NCBI GenBank assembly: GCA_951406725.2
Contig: OX597827.1
Span: forward strand, 14,756,001-14,820,000
From: Octopus vulgaris
Lineage: Eukaryota
Direction: 5' to 3'
Length of the DNA stretch: 64,000 nt
In this document: positions 14,175 to 29,189 of the stretch, in pieces
How the letters are laid out: every line of letters starts with the position of its first letter
Numbering within the stretch: the first letter of the stretch is position 1
Notes under the pieces: generated by a model
What the model saw: the letters and a program-made list of their open reading frames with translations, nothing else
The model's database searches: none
Told to the model about the DNA's origin: nothing
Made by a program: the position numbers and the translations under genes

Positions 14175-14570
14175 ATGGTTGGCATTGTTCTTGGATATTT
14201 TTGTTTAAAAATCGGTCACAAAGAGAGACACCAAGGATCTGACATGGACACCGCATTTGGAATACCTCAAACTTGTTCATGACCCATTTGAGGATGATCC
14301 AGGACTCATCCCTGTAGAGGAAGACCATTGATGACCAAGTCTGGTGGTGCAGGCTACAGTGGTTTTGCAACATCTGCAGGATGAGCACCCAAAGGACTAC
14401 CATACCAACTTTTGTGGTGGCAGCGACCTATGCACTGGAGAATCCAGCATAACACACCAGAGAAGACACGGGCAAAACAAACGGAGGAAGATCTGAAGTT
14501 GTAATGCCTCAACCTTAAGTATTCTAAGGCCAGCACCATGGATCAGAATGCAAAGAATAACATCATCACC
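14175..14570. pseudogene. Old RTE-like ORF2 3' fragment with inverted 5' part
   Basis: Minus strand 14175-14335 reads ESW..KFEVFQMRC..ILGVSLCDR. Plus strand 14345-14560 reads RLQWF.NICRM....QLLWW...EEDLK. Confidence 0.6.
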
Positions 14571-17127
14571 AAAGTCCATCACCCAGTGGTACCCACAGCA
14601 TCATATCGGTTGAGTGGACAGCTTCCCCATCTGATCACCAGCTAGGGATTCTACTTAATTACTTACTTACCTACTTACTTACTTAATGGTGGTGGTGTTT
14701 AGCTCCAAGACACTCCTAATCACCAAAGGTATTCCAACAGTAACCATTCTTCTTTTCTCTTTTGTTAGCCCTAATTTTATTGTCCAATATGTTTCTCTTT
14801 TTTTCATAAGATGGTCATATGGAATTCAAAAGGAAACTTAGTATTTTTAGCAAGTCAAGTGACCATGTAGAGGCTCCCTTGTTGAGTTCAGAGCTTCTTC
14901 TATCCTCAAAGAAACAACTTTCAAATTATAGGACATCAATCCTTTGTAAATATCATCATCAATTTAATGCCCACTTTTCTATGCTTGCATGGGTTGAGTG
15001 GAACTTATTGAGATAAAAGTTCTATGGTGGGGTGTGTTTCTTGTCACCGACCCTCACCTGTTTCCAAGCAAGGTAACATTTCACCATCGCCAGACTTTTT
15101 TCACAAATGATAGAAATAGAAGGACACTGCTTGTATGAGAGCAACACTCATTTTCCAACCAGCATACGAGATAGATAACAAAGAGATATCAACCCCTCAC
15201 CACCTCACACATGTATGAACACATGCCCATGCATACACACATACATACATAAATACACACACACACACATATATATATAAGTATATGTATAATGGGCTTT
15301 TTCTGTCAACTAAATCTTTTTACAAAGCTTTGGTTACCCCAAGGGTATAGCAAAAGACACATGTCACAAGTGTCATGCAATAGGACTGAACCCAGATCCA
15401 TGTGGTTAGGAAGCAAGCTTCTTAACCATACAGCCACACCTGCATCTATAATCCTTCGTATGTATTTATATGATAATATGGTAATAACTCAAAGTAATAG
15501 ACCAACTTGAGCTGAGGAATTACAGTCCCTTCACTTCAGCAAGCAACTGTGTTTGACCCCCAAGTAAAAGTAAAGTAAAAGTAAAGTTTTCCTTCTCAAG
15601 TCCACGAGGTTCCAGCAGGGGGTGGTGGTGAACCTTGCTGTACTCTCTCACCACAACTTTCTCTCACTCTTTCTTCCTGTTACTGTTGTACTTGTATTTC
15701 AAAGGGGCCAGCCTTGTCACACTCTGTGTCACGCTGAATCTCCCCAAGAACTACATTAAGGGTACATGTGTCTGTGGAGTGCTCAGCCACTTGCACGTTA
15801 ATTTCACGAGCAGGCTGTTCTCCTGGTTTCCATGGTGTATAAGTTACCAACCTGGACAGGTTGCTGGCCTGTTGCAGGATGACTCATTTTTGTCAGCTGA
15901 GTTAATTGTAACAACATAAAATGAAGGGTTTTGCTCAAGAACACAATATGTCACCCAGTTCAGGAATTAAAACCACAATTTCACAATCATGAGTCAAAGA
16001 CCCTAACCAACCAAGCCATGCACCTCCACTTTGACCCCCTCCACTTCCAGTAATAACTTGTAAATGAATTGTAATGTATTTCTTTACTACCCACAAGGGG
16101 CTAAACATAGAGAGGACAAACAAGGACAGACAAACGGATTAAGTCGATTATATCGATCCCAGTGGGAACTGGTACTTAATTTATCGACCCCGAAAGGATG
16201 AAAGGCAAAGTCGACCGCGGCGGAATTTGAACTCAGAACGTAACAGCAGCCGAAATACCGCTAAGTATTCCAGCTGGCATGCTAACGTTTCTGCCACCTC
16301 GCCGCCTTAATGAATTGTAATACTCTTTTACTTGTTTCAGTCATTTGACTGCGGCCATGCTGGAGCACCGCCTTTAATCGAGCAACTCGACCCCGGGACT
16401 TATTCTTTTTGTAAGCCCAGTACTTATTCTATCGGTCTCTTTTTGCCGAACCGCTAAGTAACGGGGACATAAACACACCAGCAATGCTAGGGGGACAAAC
16501 ACAGACACACAATCACACACACGCATATATATATATATATATACATATATACGACGGGCTTCTTTCAGTTTCCGTCTACCAAATCCACTCACAAGGCTTT
16601 GGTCGGCCTGAGGCTATAGTAGAAGTCACTTGCCCAAGGTGCCACGCAGTGGGACTGAACCCAGAACCATGTGGTTGGTAAACAAGCTACTTACCACACA
16701 GCCACTCCTGCTGTACAGTTAAGCTTTAATTATCTGAATGAAATGAACAGAGAGAATTTTGATTGGATAACTGATCTGAGCAGAACCAATGGAAGTCATC
16801 CTGAAAATAATTGCATAAAAAAAAAAACATGCTTACAAGACATTTTTACGTCATTCAGTTGATAAAAATGCATTCTTATGTAACCTTCAGGACATTTTCC
16901 TCATGATCCAGGTGCTGTTGAGTCAGACTCATCACTAAGCTTTGGTGCCTGAGGATGCTTCAGAATATTCTGGGTGGGCACTAATTTGTAATAATGCTAA
17001 AGTGGAGTTTCAAAAATAAGTGTATCACTGTAAATCTGAAGATGAACCATTGAATGGAGAGAAGTCAGGGTCATTGAGAGAAACCCCTGAACAATGGGCA
17101 TGTGTAGGGTATTACTCTTCTGTTTAA

Positions 17128-17349
17128 CCCTTTAGCATTTAAACCGGCCATATCCAGCCAAAAATATTCTCCCTTGTTTTATGTTCAAAATGGCCATATC
17201 TGGTCTCTCACACCAACCCTACAATATCGTTTTAAAAATTAACAGCTACCTCATCAAAATTTCAAAGTTACAAGATAATGCCTGATTAGTTCAAGGCAAT
17301 GTGGATGAAAAAGCATTAATTTTGGTAGAATAATGCAAACACTAAAGGG
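17128..17349. mobile_element. piggyBac-type MITE
   Basis: TTAA|CCCTTTAG ... CTAAAGGG|TTAA. Related partial ends near 23740-23772 and 25060-25106. Confidence 0.85.
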
Positions 17350-20238
17350 TTAATTGTCAATGGTGTTTGCTTTCTTTTCACTGACATAGCAATGGCTACA
17401 AACTCAAATTACTTGTAATGGATGCATGCACAGAAGAGTTAAAGTGTGACAAGGACTTCTTTGATTTTACCATGCTTTTTAATTTTTCAAACAAACCATC
17501 AGTTTTACAAGTTAAAATTATTCTAACACTATTTAAAATGACTGACCAGGTGGTAAGCTTGTAGAACCATTGTAAGATCGGTCAAATGTGCTTATTCTCT
17601 TTTTTTACTCTTTTACTTGTTTCAGTCATTTGACTGCGGCCATGCTGGAGCACCGCCTTTTAGTCGAGCAAATCGACCCTGGGACTTATTTTTTGTAAGC
17701 CCAGTACTTATTCTATCGGTCTCTTTTGCCGAACTGCTAAGTGACGGGGACGTAAACACACCAGCATCAGTTGTCAAGCAATGCTAGGGGGACAAACACA
17801 GACACACAAACACACACACACACACATATACATATATATATATACATATATACGACAGGCTTCTTTCAGTTTCCGTCTACCAAATCCACTCACATGGCAT
17901 TGGTCAGCCCGGGGCTATAGCAGAAGACACTTGCCCAAGATGCCATGCAGTGGGACTGAACCCGGAACCATGTGGTTGGTTAGCAAGCTACTTACCACAC
18001 AGCCACTCCTAGTGGCATTTTTTTTTTTTTTTTTTTTTTGGCTCTTTACATTCCCAGTTCAAATCCCAGAGGTAAATTTTGCTTTTCATCCCTTCAGGGT
18101 TGATGAAATAAGGTATCAGGTGTCCAATGTAATCGACTTGTCCCCTCCATTCACAATTACTGGCCAATGTACCCTACAATGGACCAGTGTCCTGTTCAGG
18201 AAAATGTGATCTCGGTCACTTATACCCCATGGAAATTGGACAAGCCATATGAGTCTCGTGGCTCAAGAAAAATGTTTTTAAAAAAATGACCGACTAAAAT
18301 TAAGCTAACAGCCCAACTAAGATATGGTACTGTTGGTAATTGTAGAAAAAGATGTGAGTGACCCAGCAGTGTCAGTAACATCTCTCTGATGTAACACTTT
18401 TGCACGTTCGTTATTGACTTGATTTTCACTTTTAATCATTGTAAATAAGAAACAAAACGGTAGCACCAGTATTATTCTCAAGTTTGGGTTACACATAGCA
18501 ACAACCAAATAAATATTCATGAAGTTTTGAGATCTTGTTTGGATAAACCAAAATTTCAGGTAAACTGACTGTACACAAAGACAACCTTCACTTGAGTAAA
18601 CACTCATACTCAATCATGACGGAAGAATATTAGGTGTTTCTCGCATGATGCAATATAATGTTTTCCCAGTGTGATTATAAAAAAAAAAAAAAACATGGTA
18701 TGATATAAATGTTATACAGCGACATATGCTACAATATCAAATGTGAGATATTTTTTAATACAATGTTGGATGTGATGAAATGTAATTTTTTTAGACAGTG
18801 TGATAAAATGCAATATAATTTCAATGTTAGTATATTTAATTTATGTTATATATTGATATGTGGTATAACATATAACAGCAGGCAGTGAGATATATAACAG
18901 CAGGCAGTTAGATATAACACAAGGCTATATACAATATGGCTAACTAGCTCATCTAACAGAACCAGTTTACAGTGAAAATATTCACATAAAATAATTTGAT
19001 CGCAAATTTATTGTTTTTATGTTTATTTTATTTTAGCTTATTATATTTTATACATTTAGTTTTTGTCTGTTGTGGGAGTTGTGGCATAATGGTTGGCAGA
19101 CTCATCGCTTTACTCTGAAGGATGAGAGTTCAAGTCCAGCCAATACATTCTTTGCATTGGCAAACTTGGAAAGGTTCAATACAGCATAATAAACCTTACC
19201 AATTCGCATTTTCCTCACACACATACCTAAATTGGTCATTCCTGCACCCTGTGAAGAGCTTCTTGGTAGTAGGTTTTTGTCCTTTTTCTTGCATAAAGGT
19301 ATCACAATGGGAATAATTTTTGTCCGAATGCTGCAATTTTGTGAAAACAGCCTCCCAACTGCTATGCTTCAACTCTCTTTAGATTTGCAGAAAAAAAAAA
19401 AAAATCCAGTTTTTTTGTTGTTGCTTTTTTTGTTTTTTTCAAATTATCTGCCTTCACCTGACCCCAGCAAATTTTGACCAAGTTGCTATGGAATGGCCTT
19501 TGAAAATATTTAATCCATAACAGAAACAAAATTTGAATGAAATTTTAAAAAAAATAGTTGAACCAACTGTGAGGTCAAAGAAAGAAAACAGATGCATGGT
19601 TATTATTATTGGTTCTCCAAATGTACATTTGGAATGGACCAATAAGTTCTAGCATGCATTCACCATCTTTCATATAAGATGCCTTTTAAAATATATCATT
19701 GAGAACATGTCACAACTCTTTGAGTTTTCTCCTCCATTGTTTTTTTTCTTTTTTTTTTACGGTTATATTTCCAAGAATTTTTTGTTTTTGTTTTTGTTTT
19801 TTTTTTACTTTTCTGTAAAGTATTTGAGTGAATGTGAAAACAATTACTGCCCAGTACATATAAACATCCTTTTCGTAATTAGTAAGAATTGGATTTAGAA
19901 TAATTGAGGGAAAGAAAAATTGGTTCTAAAACTAAAAAAATGTACAAAAAAAAAATTAAGTTTTTTTTTTTTTTTGAAAAATGTACAAGCTTATCAAAAT
20001 TAAAATAATAAAATAATTAATAAGATAAATAGTTAAAGAACTAATAAATAAAAGAAATAAAAATTAAGACAAGCAGACATAAAATAACCAAAACAAAAGA
20101 TACATACACACACACACATACATAAATACACACATGCTCACACACTCACACACACACATGCATACATACATACATGTGTATACATATATATATACATATA
20201 CACACACACATATACATATACATATATATATGTATATG

Positions 20239-20270
<32 letters not shown>

Positions 20271-20420
20271 TATGTACATGTATATATGTGTATATATATA
20301 TCTATATATATATATATATATATGTACATATATATATGTATATGGATATTTATATATATATATATATATATATGTATATGTATGTATGTGTATATTTATA
20401 TATATATATATATGTACATT

Positions 20421-20476
<56 letters not shown>

Positions 20477-21322
20477 TGTATATATAAAACAGTCTAAAAG
20501 AAAATCTACTAAACAAAATAAAAAATTTCTAGAAAACTAAAATTTAAAAAAAATCTACCAAACAAAAAAAAAAGACCTGTTGTTTTTTGTGTTTTTTTTT
20601 TCCACATGTAAACAGTTGATTTATTTACAATGACTTCTTTACATTGAAATACAACAACCTGAATGAGTGTTCTGGGGGAGGGGGGGTCTCTTCCTATGTG
20701 ACACACACACAAGCAACCGACACGCTGCTCAAATTGCCTTTTTTTTTTTTCTTTTTGTAACCCTGAGGTAGGATTAAATGAAGTATTTAGATACTAGATA
20801 CTTCTCTCAACCGAGCTGTCTTTCTGGTTATCAAATCCAAAAGTTCCATAGTTGCTCTGCAAAAATATATTTAATCGTAACTGTTCACCATTCAGAGACA
20901 TGAGAGCATTGCAACGTCTGTCAAAGGTAAACCAATTGTGCATTTGATTGTCTGTTATTTTTTTTTCAATTTTTTTTTTCAATTATTATTATTATCTTTT
21001 TTTTTTCTGTTTTCTATCATTTTATCTTTTTTTGATTCTTTGAATTGGTTTCTTTGAATGAAATCCTTATATTTTGCTGTTTAAGGTTTGTCTTGTTCTT
21101 CTGAGAATAGAGAAAATCCTAGTTTACGCTCACATGTTGCTGTGTGAATATTATCCAGAATAACCACTGTCCCCTTATGGAAGAATTGAAGTCCAATCAG
21201 ATTTCTCCTCAGAGCCAGTTTTTGCCTGACATTCACTGTGTTCTAACATCAAACATCAGACAACTTTCAACTCTTGAATTGACTGGATCGCTGGCTGGTT
21301 GGCAGGCTGGCTGGTAGGTTGG

Positions 21323-21408
21323 CTATAGTAGTGGCTTCAATGTTTGTTGGTAAGTTGGTTCCTTCCCAAAAGAAGAGGATAATGAATGCAGTGATGGGAA
21401 TTGTGGGT
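21323..21408 (-). CDS. Candidate terminal coding exon of an unidentified host gene, followed by a probable long 3' UTR toward ~18400
   Basis: Strong acceptor TTCATTTTGTTTCAG|. The phase-1 reading is (D)PQFPSLHSLSSSFGKEPTYQQTLKPLL*, but the other two frames are also open for more than 20 codons, so frame and stop are uncertain. The downstream ~3 kb lacks SINEs, unlike the rest of the window. Confidence 0.5.
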
Positions 21409-21929
21409 CTGAAACAAAATGAAGTAAATCTATATTAACTGTTGAGGATAGCAAGACAAATTTGGCAAACACAAAAATAAAGGCTTTTTTGGGGGGTTTT
21501 CATTATTTTAGAGAGCAATATATAAAAAAATATAACAGAAATACATATTTTGATACATTTTATTTATTGACCCCGAAAGGATGAAAGTCAACTTTATGGA
21601 ATTTGAACTCATAATATAAAGCTGGACAAAATACTCTCCAGCCTTCTCTCCAGTATGTTAAATGTATGACTGTGAAGTAAAGAAGTATACTTCACAACAA
21701 TATATATATTTTTTTTTTCTTTTTTCTTTTAATTCATTAATTTGTTTCAATCATTTGACTGTGGCCATGCTGGGGTGCCGCCTTTAGTCGAACAAATCAC
21801 CCAAGGACTTATTCTTTGTAAGCCTTGTACTTATTCTATCAGTCTCTTTTGGGGACGTAAACACACCATTAGTTGTCAAGCAATGGTGGAGGGACAAACA
21901 CACACACACAAACATATATATATATATCT

Positions 21930-22360
21930 AATATAGGATAAAATTTTTCGAAAAAAATTTTATCAATGGCCAGCATATTAAAAAATACCTTTAAAGGTTA
22001 AATTTATAAACAACTTATAAACAAGGGCAAAAGAAAAATATTCTAATGCCAAATATGCCGATAATAAACAAAATGTCAATAACCATATCATTTATCACTA
22101 TTAATATGTGTCTCGAAGTAAGCCGAGACAAATTTCTAAAAATTTCTAAAAAATTCCGTTATTACCGTAAGGAGAAAATTCTTATGAATTAACTCTGAAA
22201 TTAGGACCAGTACGGTAATAACAGAAATTTTTAGAAATTTCTCTTGGCTTACTTCGAGACACATGTTAATAGTGATAAATTATATGGTTATTGACATTTT
22301 GTCTATTTTCGGCATATTTGGCGATAGAATTTTTTTCTTTTTGCCCTTGTTTATAAGTTG
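21930..22360. repeat. (TA)n-embedded leader plus ~155-bp-arm hairpin, inside a family A SINE
   Basis: Arms 22011-22169 and 22211-22360 are imperfect reverse complements. The host SINE runs 21735-21925 and 22361-22550. Confidence 0.9.
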
Positions 22361-22399
<39 letters not shown>

Positions 22400-22565
22400 T
22401 ACAACAGGCTTCTTTCAGTTTCTGTCTACCAAATCCACTCACAAAACTTTGGTTAGCCTGAGGCTATAGTAGAAGACACTTGATACACAGTAGGATTGAA
22501 CCCAGAAGCATGTGGTTAGTAAGCAAGCTACTTACCACACAGCCACTCCTGCACTTATACATATA

Positions 22566-22814
<249 letters not shown>

Positions 22815-23140
22815 AGCTCAACATGAACCATCTTTTTTGAATTACTCAAATGCAGCATTCCTGAGTAAACCAACATTCCTGGACAAACTAAAAATTGTTC
22901 CCATATTTTTAAAGGCAATTTATCCAAAACCTAATGAAATCACATTATATATTTATTTATTATATATACTTTTAAATATATAGTTGCACATATGGCTGTG
23001 TGCTAAAAAGTTTACTTCCCAACCACATGGTTCCAGGTTCAGTCCAACTGTATGGCACCTTGGGCCTTCTTCTAAAGCCTAGGGCCAACAAAACCTTGTG
23101 AGTGGATTTGGTTGATGGAAACTGAAAGAAGCCCGTATGT

Positions 23141-23174
<34 letters not shown>

Positions 23175-24197
23175 TTGTGTGTGTGTATACACACATACAT
23201 ATATATGTATGTGTATACACACATACATATATCTATGTGTATGTATATTTGTGAATGTGTTTGTTCTCCACCACTGCTTGACAACTAGTGCTGGTGTGTG
23301 ATAAAATAAGTGCCAGGTTTTACCAAACAAATTATCATTATGGAATCAATTTGTTCAACTAAAATTCTTAAAAGTGGTGCCCAGCATTGCTGCAGTCTAA
23401 GTAAAACAAGTAAAAGACAAGACATAAAAACTAACTATATATGGAATTGTTCTCATTTCGTAAACAGAACTATATTTGAACAGAAATACTGAATTATCTC
23501 CCCTGTCATAAATGTTAATGTGAACACTAAGTCCTATAGCAGAAACTACTAAGACAATAATAGAATAAGAGAATGACCTCCATCAGGCATTTGCCATATT
23601 CTGAACGCCTTACTTCCCTGGGCATGGACACATTGAAACTCCGACGTCTGGCAGCTGACTTGTCAGACAACAATAAAATTATTAACAATAACTCTGAGCA
23701 CCTTAACTGATTTGGACATGAAATAGGTAGAATATTCAGGCTAGATATGGATGATTGAAATGCTAAAGGGTTGAATGCAGTGCCCCCAGAATGGCTGTAC
23801 CTAATGAATGAAACCAAGGTTGCAAGATGCAACGAAAATTTTAGGAAAATAAAAATAAGAAATAAGTGGAAATTTTACCAGTGAGTGTGTTATATTATAA
23901 GGCACAAAAAGAAAATGACTCTCCCCAGACACAACAGAATATGCTTCAACACACGAACTCACATAAAGAATCTTGCAAACCAAATTCAAAAACGAAATAC
24001 AAAAGCTTGTATGAAAATCTGTCTCTTGGAGCCTGACTATGATTTACCTTTCTTAGATTCTATGATCATGACCAGCAGAAACTTAAAATAAGCTTGAAAT
24101 AAAACTCAAAATTCTAATGGAATATTCCACTTTCTCTTTTACAAATGAAATAATAAGGAAATAGACAAATAATGTTAGCTAATAGTTTTCAATGATG

Positions 24198-24920
24198 TCA
24201 TCATCATCATCATCATCGTTTAACGTCCGCTTCCATGTGAGCATGGGTTGGACGATTTTGACTGAGGGCTGGTGAACCAGATGGCTGCACCAGGCTCCAA
24301 TCTTGATTTGGCAGAGTTTCTACAGCTGGATGCCCTTCCTAACGCCAACTACTTCGAGAGTGTAGTGGGTGCTTTTTACGTGCCACCGGCATGGGAGCCA
24401 ATCAGGCGGTACTGGCAATGATCTCACTCGAATCTTTTTACATATGCCACCAGCACAGGTGCCAGTAAGGTGACGTTGGTAACGATCCCGCTCGAATGGT
24501 GCCCTTGTACGTGCCACCAGCACGGAAGCCAGTTGGCTGCTCTGGCAACGATCATGCTCGGATGGTGCTCTTGGTACCCTACTAGCACGGGCACAAGTGC
24601 CAGTAAGGCGACACTGGTAACGATCACACTTGAATGGTGCCTTTTTACGTGCCACTGGCATGGAAGCCGGTTGGCTGCTCTGGCAACGATCATGCTCGGA
24701 TGGTGCTCTTGGCACCCTACTAGCACGGCCACAAGTGCCAGTAAGGCGACGCTGGTAACGATGACACTTGAATGGTGCCCTTTTACGTGCCACTGGCACG
24801 GAAGCCAGTTGGCTGCTCTGGCAACAATCACGCTCAGATGGTGCTCTTGGCACCCTACTAGCACGGGCACAAGTGCCAGTAAGGCGACGCTGGTAACGAT
24901 CACGCTCGAATGGTGCCCTT
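24198..24920 (-). mobile_element. RTE 3'-end element with an expanded ~139-bp composite repeat
   Basis: (CAT)n tail, shared RTE 3' end, about 3.3 tandem units at 24455-24920. Flanked by an 81-bp direct repeat. Confidence 0.88.
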
Positions 24921-25580
24921 TAATATTCCACTGGAATATTCCACTTTCTCTTTTACAAATGAAATAGTAATGAAATAGACAAATAATGTTAGCTAATAGT
25001 TTTCAATGATGTGATTGTTTATTTTTGAAATGACATTATAGCTGAGTTGGACATAAAATAGGCAGAATGTCTGGGTTGGATATGGCTGATTTAAATGCTA
25101 AAGGGCTGAATGCAGTGCTCCAGCAAGGCCACAATATAATGATTGAAATCAATAAAAGAGAAGGGGAAAATATGAAAGCCTGTATGAAAATCTATCTCTT
25201 AGAATCTGTCTATGTTTTTCCTTACTCAGATATATTTGTTCCATAATCATGATTGAACTGCAGAAATTTATAATAAGCTTGAAATAAAACTCAAAGTTCC
25301 AATGGAATATTCCACTTTTTGCTTTAGAAATAAAATGATAATGAAACAGACAAATCAAGTTAGCTAATAAAAAAAAAATAATAATAATAATAATAATTAT
25401 AACAACAAAAAGCTGAAATATTTCTCACATGTCAGAATAATCCTGATGTTTCATGATTTTTCTGTTCCCATGATAGGTAGATATATTATAAAAGATGTCT
25501 GGTCTCCCTCACTCCAATTCTATCAGTTGATAAGCTGACATTATTACATCACTCTGATAGTCAGGCAACTAGAGAAAGTC

Positions 25581-25648
25581 TCATGACATAAGAGTTTTTC
25601 TTCCACTGCTTTGCCACCATGTGCCACTGTTGTTTGGGGAATTTATAT
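25581..25648 (-). CDS. Candidate alternative terminal exon
   Basis: Acceptor CGTTTTCTCTTCAG|. The phase-1 reading is (D)INSPNNSGTWWQSSGRKTLMS*, and phase 2 is also open. Unique sequence; no transcript evidence. Confidence 0.3.
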
Positions 25649-25781
25649 CTGAAGAGAAAACGTGAATGGAAATCAGCATAAAACCTTATGCAAGCTCTTT
25701 TCGCATAATAAGCAGATAATTTTACTGCACAAATACACACATATACACACATATATACACACATATATACATAAATCCATA

Positions 25782-25950
<169 letters not shown>

Positions 25951-25969
25951 TACATATATATATATATAC

Positions 25970-26031
<62 letters not shown>

Positions 26032-26423
26032 ATATATGTATATATATATGTATATGTATATATATGTATATATATATATATACACACACACACTTACACA
26101 AACACATATTTATACATGTCTATACGCACACACACATACAATCGTATATATGCATGCATTCATTTTTAGATCGCAAACCACAAACATATTATGATAGATA
26201 GACAATCAATTCCTATATTGGCAAGATTAGCAAAATTATTAAGCATTAAACAAAACACTTTGTAGCATCTAGATGTGTAGTCTTACATTCTGAGTTCAAA
26301 TCCTACTGAAGTCAACTTTGCCTTTATCTTTACCTTCTTTCATTCTTCCAAAATGGATAAAATAAAATAAAATACCAATCAAATCCTGTGGCTGGTTTAA
26401 TACATTCCTGTAAAGCATCTTAA

Positions 26424-26644
26424 CCTTTTCGTTACCAACCCGGCTGAAACCAGCTCTGGCTCTGTAGTACAAATGTCTTGTTTTCAAAAGTTCTGAATTA
26501 AAATCTTCCACCAAACCTTTGTCACAATTTATGTTCCTAACACTAGCTGAATGATAACTAAGTTATTTTACTAAATTCTTTGTTATATTTAAAGTAATTG
26601 AAAGAAACACAGAGCGTCTCAAAATAAATACAGTAACAAAAGGG
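26424..26644. mobile_element. piggyBac-type MITE
   Basis: TTAA|CCTTTTCGTTAC ... GTAACAAAAGGG|TTAA. Confidence 0.85.
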
Positions 26645-26839
26645 TTAAATGGGAATGGATTCATAACAGAGTATGAAGACCATGTCTTCCCCACCCTTCT
26701 GTCAACAGATAAAATACCAGTCAAGCATTAATGTTGACACAATTAACTATACTCAACTTAAAATTTGCTATCTTGTGCCAATGTTGGAGGGTAGTCAATA
26801 GAAGTAATGTGTTACACTTATCTGAAACTTACACTCTTG

Positions 26840-27385
26840 CCCAGGATATTAATCGTCTGGAAGCTGTTCAGCGACATGCAACCAAGAGAATACCCTCCAT
26901 CAGGCATTTGCCATATTCTGAACGCCTTACTTCCCTGGGCATGGACACATTGAAATTCTGACGTCTGGCAGCTGACTTGGCAGACACCTATAAAATTATC
27001 AACCATCTTACAAACAATAACTCCGAGCACCTTTTCAAACTCCACCTGTCTAACACCTGTGGACATGTTTACAAAGTCAGAAAACAGCACAGCTCCCATG
27101 ACTTTCGGAAACATTTTTTCACACTAAGAGTTGCTGAAGCATGGAACAAACGGCCGGCATCAGTTGTTAGTTGTCAGAGCTCTGCATCCTTCAAAACTTC
27201 CATGCTTCCTGAGATTCGCCAACACTACACCTGATTTTCCCCCTCTTCACCAAGCACAGTCTCATGTGGAGGCTGTATATACATGCAAGCATGTATCTGA
27301 CCCATTGCATATACTTTATACGCACCTTTGACAAGTTGTGGTGCACCTGAGCACTGTATACAATAATTTCATTATTATCATATTA
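26840..27385 (+). mobile_element. CR1-clade LINE 3' fragment (ORF2 C-terminus, 3' UTR, ATT tail)
   Basis: LEAVQRHATKRIPSIRHLPYSERL..LGMDTL; GH.YK....FRKHFFTLRVAEAWN. One internal stop. Shorter pieces at 23575-23705, 33120-33180(-), 34195-34265. Confidence 0.92.
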
Positions 27386-27687
27386 TCAAACAAAGTGAGA
27401 AAACCTTTTGGATTATTTCATTTTTGCTATGACCTGTTTTCTGACTAGTTTTATTGTTCCTTATAAAGCACCCCAAAACTAGCTTCAGTTGTCATCCTTT
27501 TGTACCAGTCATCTGTAACATCTTCTGAACTTTGAGTACCAGTCGAGTGCAGGAGTTTATATTATATTCCTATAAAGACATCCGACTTAACTCCCCCCTA
27601 GCCAGAGTACAAAACCTGCATCCGTTTCCCTGTGTGGTAGAGTTGGTTCATCAAACCAGTATTCACAGCCTCCACATCAGACTGAGT

Positions 27688-27995
27688 GGAGGCACATGGT
27701 CTAGTGGTTAGGGTAGCGGATTCACAGTTGAGGGATCGCGGGTTCGAATCTCAGACCGGGCGAGGTGTGTGTTTATGAGCGAAGCACCTAAGCTCCACTC
27801 AGCTCCAGCAGAAGGTAATGGCGAAACTTCTGCTGGTTCTTTCGCCACAACTTTCTCTCACTCTTTCCTCCTGCATCTTGCAGCTCACCTGCGATGTACC
27901 GGCGTGCCGTCCAGGTGGGGAACTTATACGCCAAGAAACTGGGAAACCGGCCCTTATGAGCCAGGCATGGCTCAAGAAGAAACAAGCAACAACAA
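27688..27995 (+). mobile_element. SINE family D
   Basis: tRNA-like head with GGGTTCGAATCTC and the family D tail. Confidence 0.9.
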
Positions 27996-28404
27996 AACAT
28001 CAGACAGTTCTTGGTGAAGAGAACATGCTGAGTCCTTCGTCCTGCAGTGAACTGAACTAAAGCAATACAATCCAATCAATAAAGACATCCCAGATGTGAA
28101 TAGAATTGTAAATAAAAACTAAAACTAAGCTTGCCTTTCATCCTCAATAAACTAATTGTTAAGTACTGGAGTTGATTTCGTTGACTGTTCTCATCTATCA
28201 AACAATTGTTCAATATTCCAGCAGTTTTGAAGAGAAGGGTTTTTATCAATACCATTGATTTTGGTGCTTGGCTCGTACTTTATTTTATTGGCTCAAAAGG
28301 ATGAAAAGCAAACATCACTTCGGCAGGATTTGAACTCAGAATGTAAAGAGCTAAGAATTATCATTAGGTCTTTTTGTTATCTGACACTAACAATTCTGCC
28401 TTTC

Positions 28405-28665
28405 ATCATCCTCTACATCATCATCATCATCATCATCATCATCTATCTGTCATCGTCATCATCGTCGTTGTCATCATCATCATTGTTGTCATCGTTGCTG
28501 TCATCATCATCATCACTATCATCACTATCATCATCATCATCATCATCAGCATCATCTATCATTGTCATCATTGTCGTTGTCATCATCATCCTTGTTGTCA
28601 TCGTTGCTGTCATCATCATCATTACTATCATCACTATCATCATCATCATCGTCATTTTCATCACT
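28405..28665. repeat. Degenerate (CAT)n tract with internal duplication (tail of an RTE-type element)
   Basis: Direct inspection. It explains the poly-S/H/I/D ORFs. Confidence 0.9.
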
Positions 28666-29128
28666 TAATGTCCACTTTCCATGCTGGCAAAGGTTGGACA
28701 GTTTAACAGGAGGTGGCCAGCTGGAGAGCTGCTCAGGCTCCAATTCTCTGTTTTGGAATGGTTTCTTTGACTGGATGCCCTTTCTAATGCCAGCCACTGT
28801 ACAGAGTAAACTAAGTGCTTTCTTTGTGGCACCAGCACCACACCAATGCTTTATACTTGGCATGTGCATAGGTGCATTTTATGTGACACCAACACGTGCA
28901 TAGGTGCTTTTTGCGTGACACCAGCACAGGTGTGTTTTACATGCTTTTTTAGATGTTTTTGTCACTGAGTGGTTTGGTAGAAGCGACTGATAGAATGAGT
29001 ACCAGGCTTTAAAAAAAATAAGCACCAGAGTCAATTCATTCTCCATTCAACTAAAAATTCTTCAAGGCATTGCCTCAGCATGGCCGCAGTCTAATAACTG
29101 AAACAAGTAAAAGATAGAAGATGTACAT

Positions 29129-29189
<61 letters not shown>

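Noticed and set aside
27769-28075. Recurrent similar small ORFs (e.g. CLAHKGRFPGFLAYRFPTWTGRR; DGLLSVSVYQIHSQGFG) suggesting a gene family
   Set aside because: They are translations of SINE families D and A. Matching hypothetical proteins in databases would likely be annotation artefacts.
28255-28903. Poly-His/Ser/Asp/Ile ORFs (also poly-K/M at 55102 and 41876)
   Set aside because: Trinucleotide tracts, mostly retroelement tails, with no splice or homology support.
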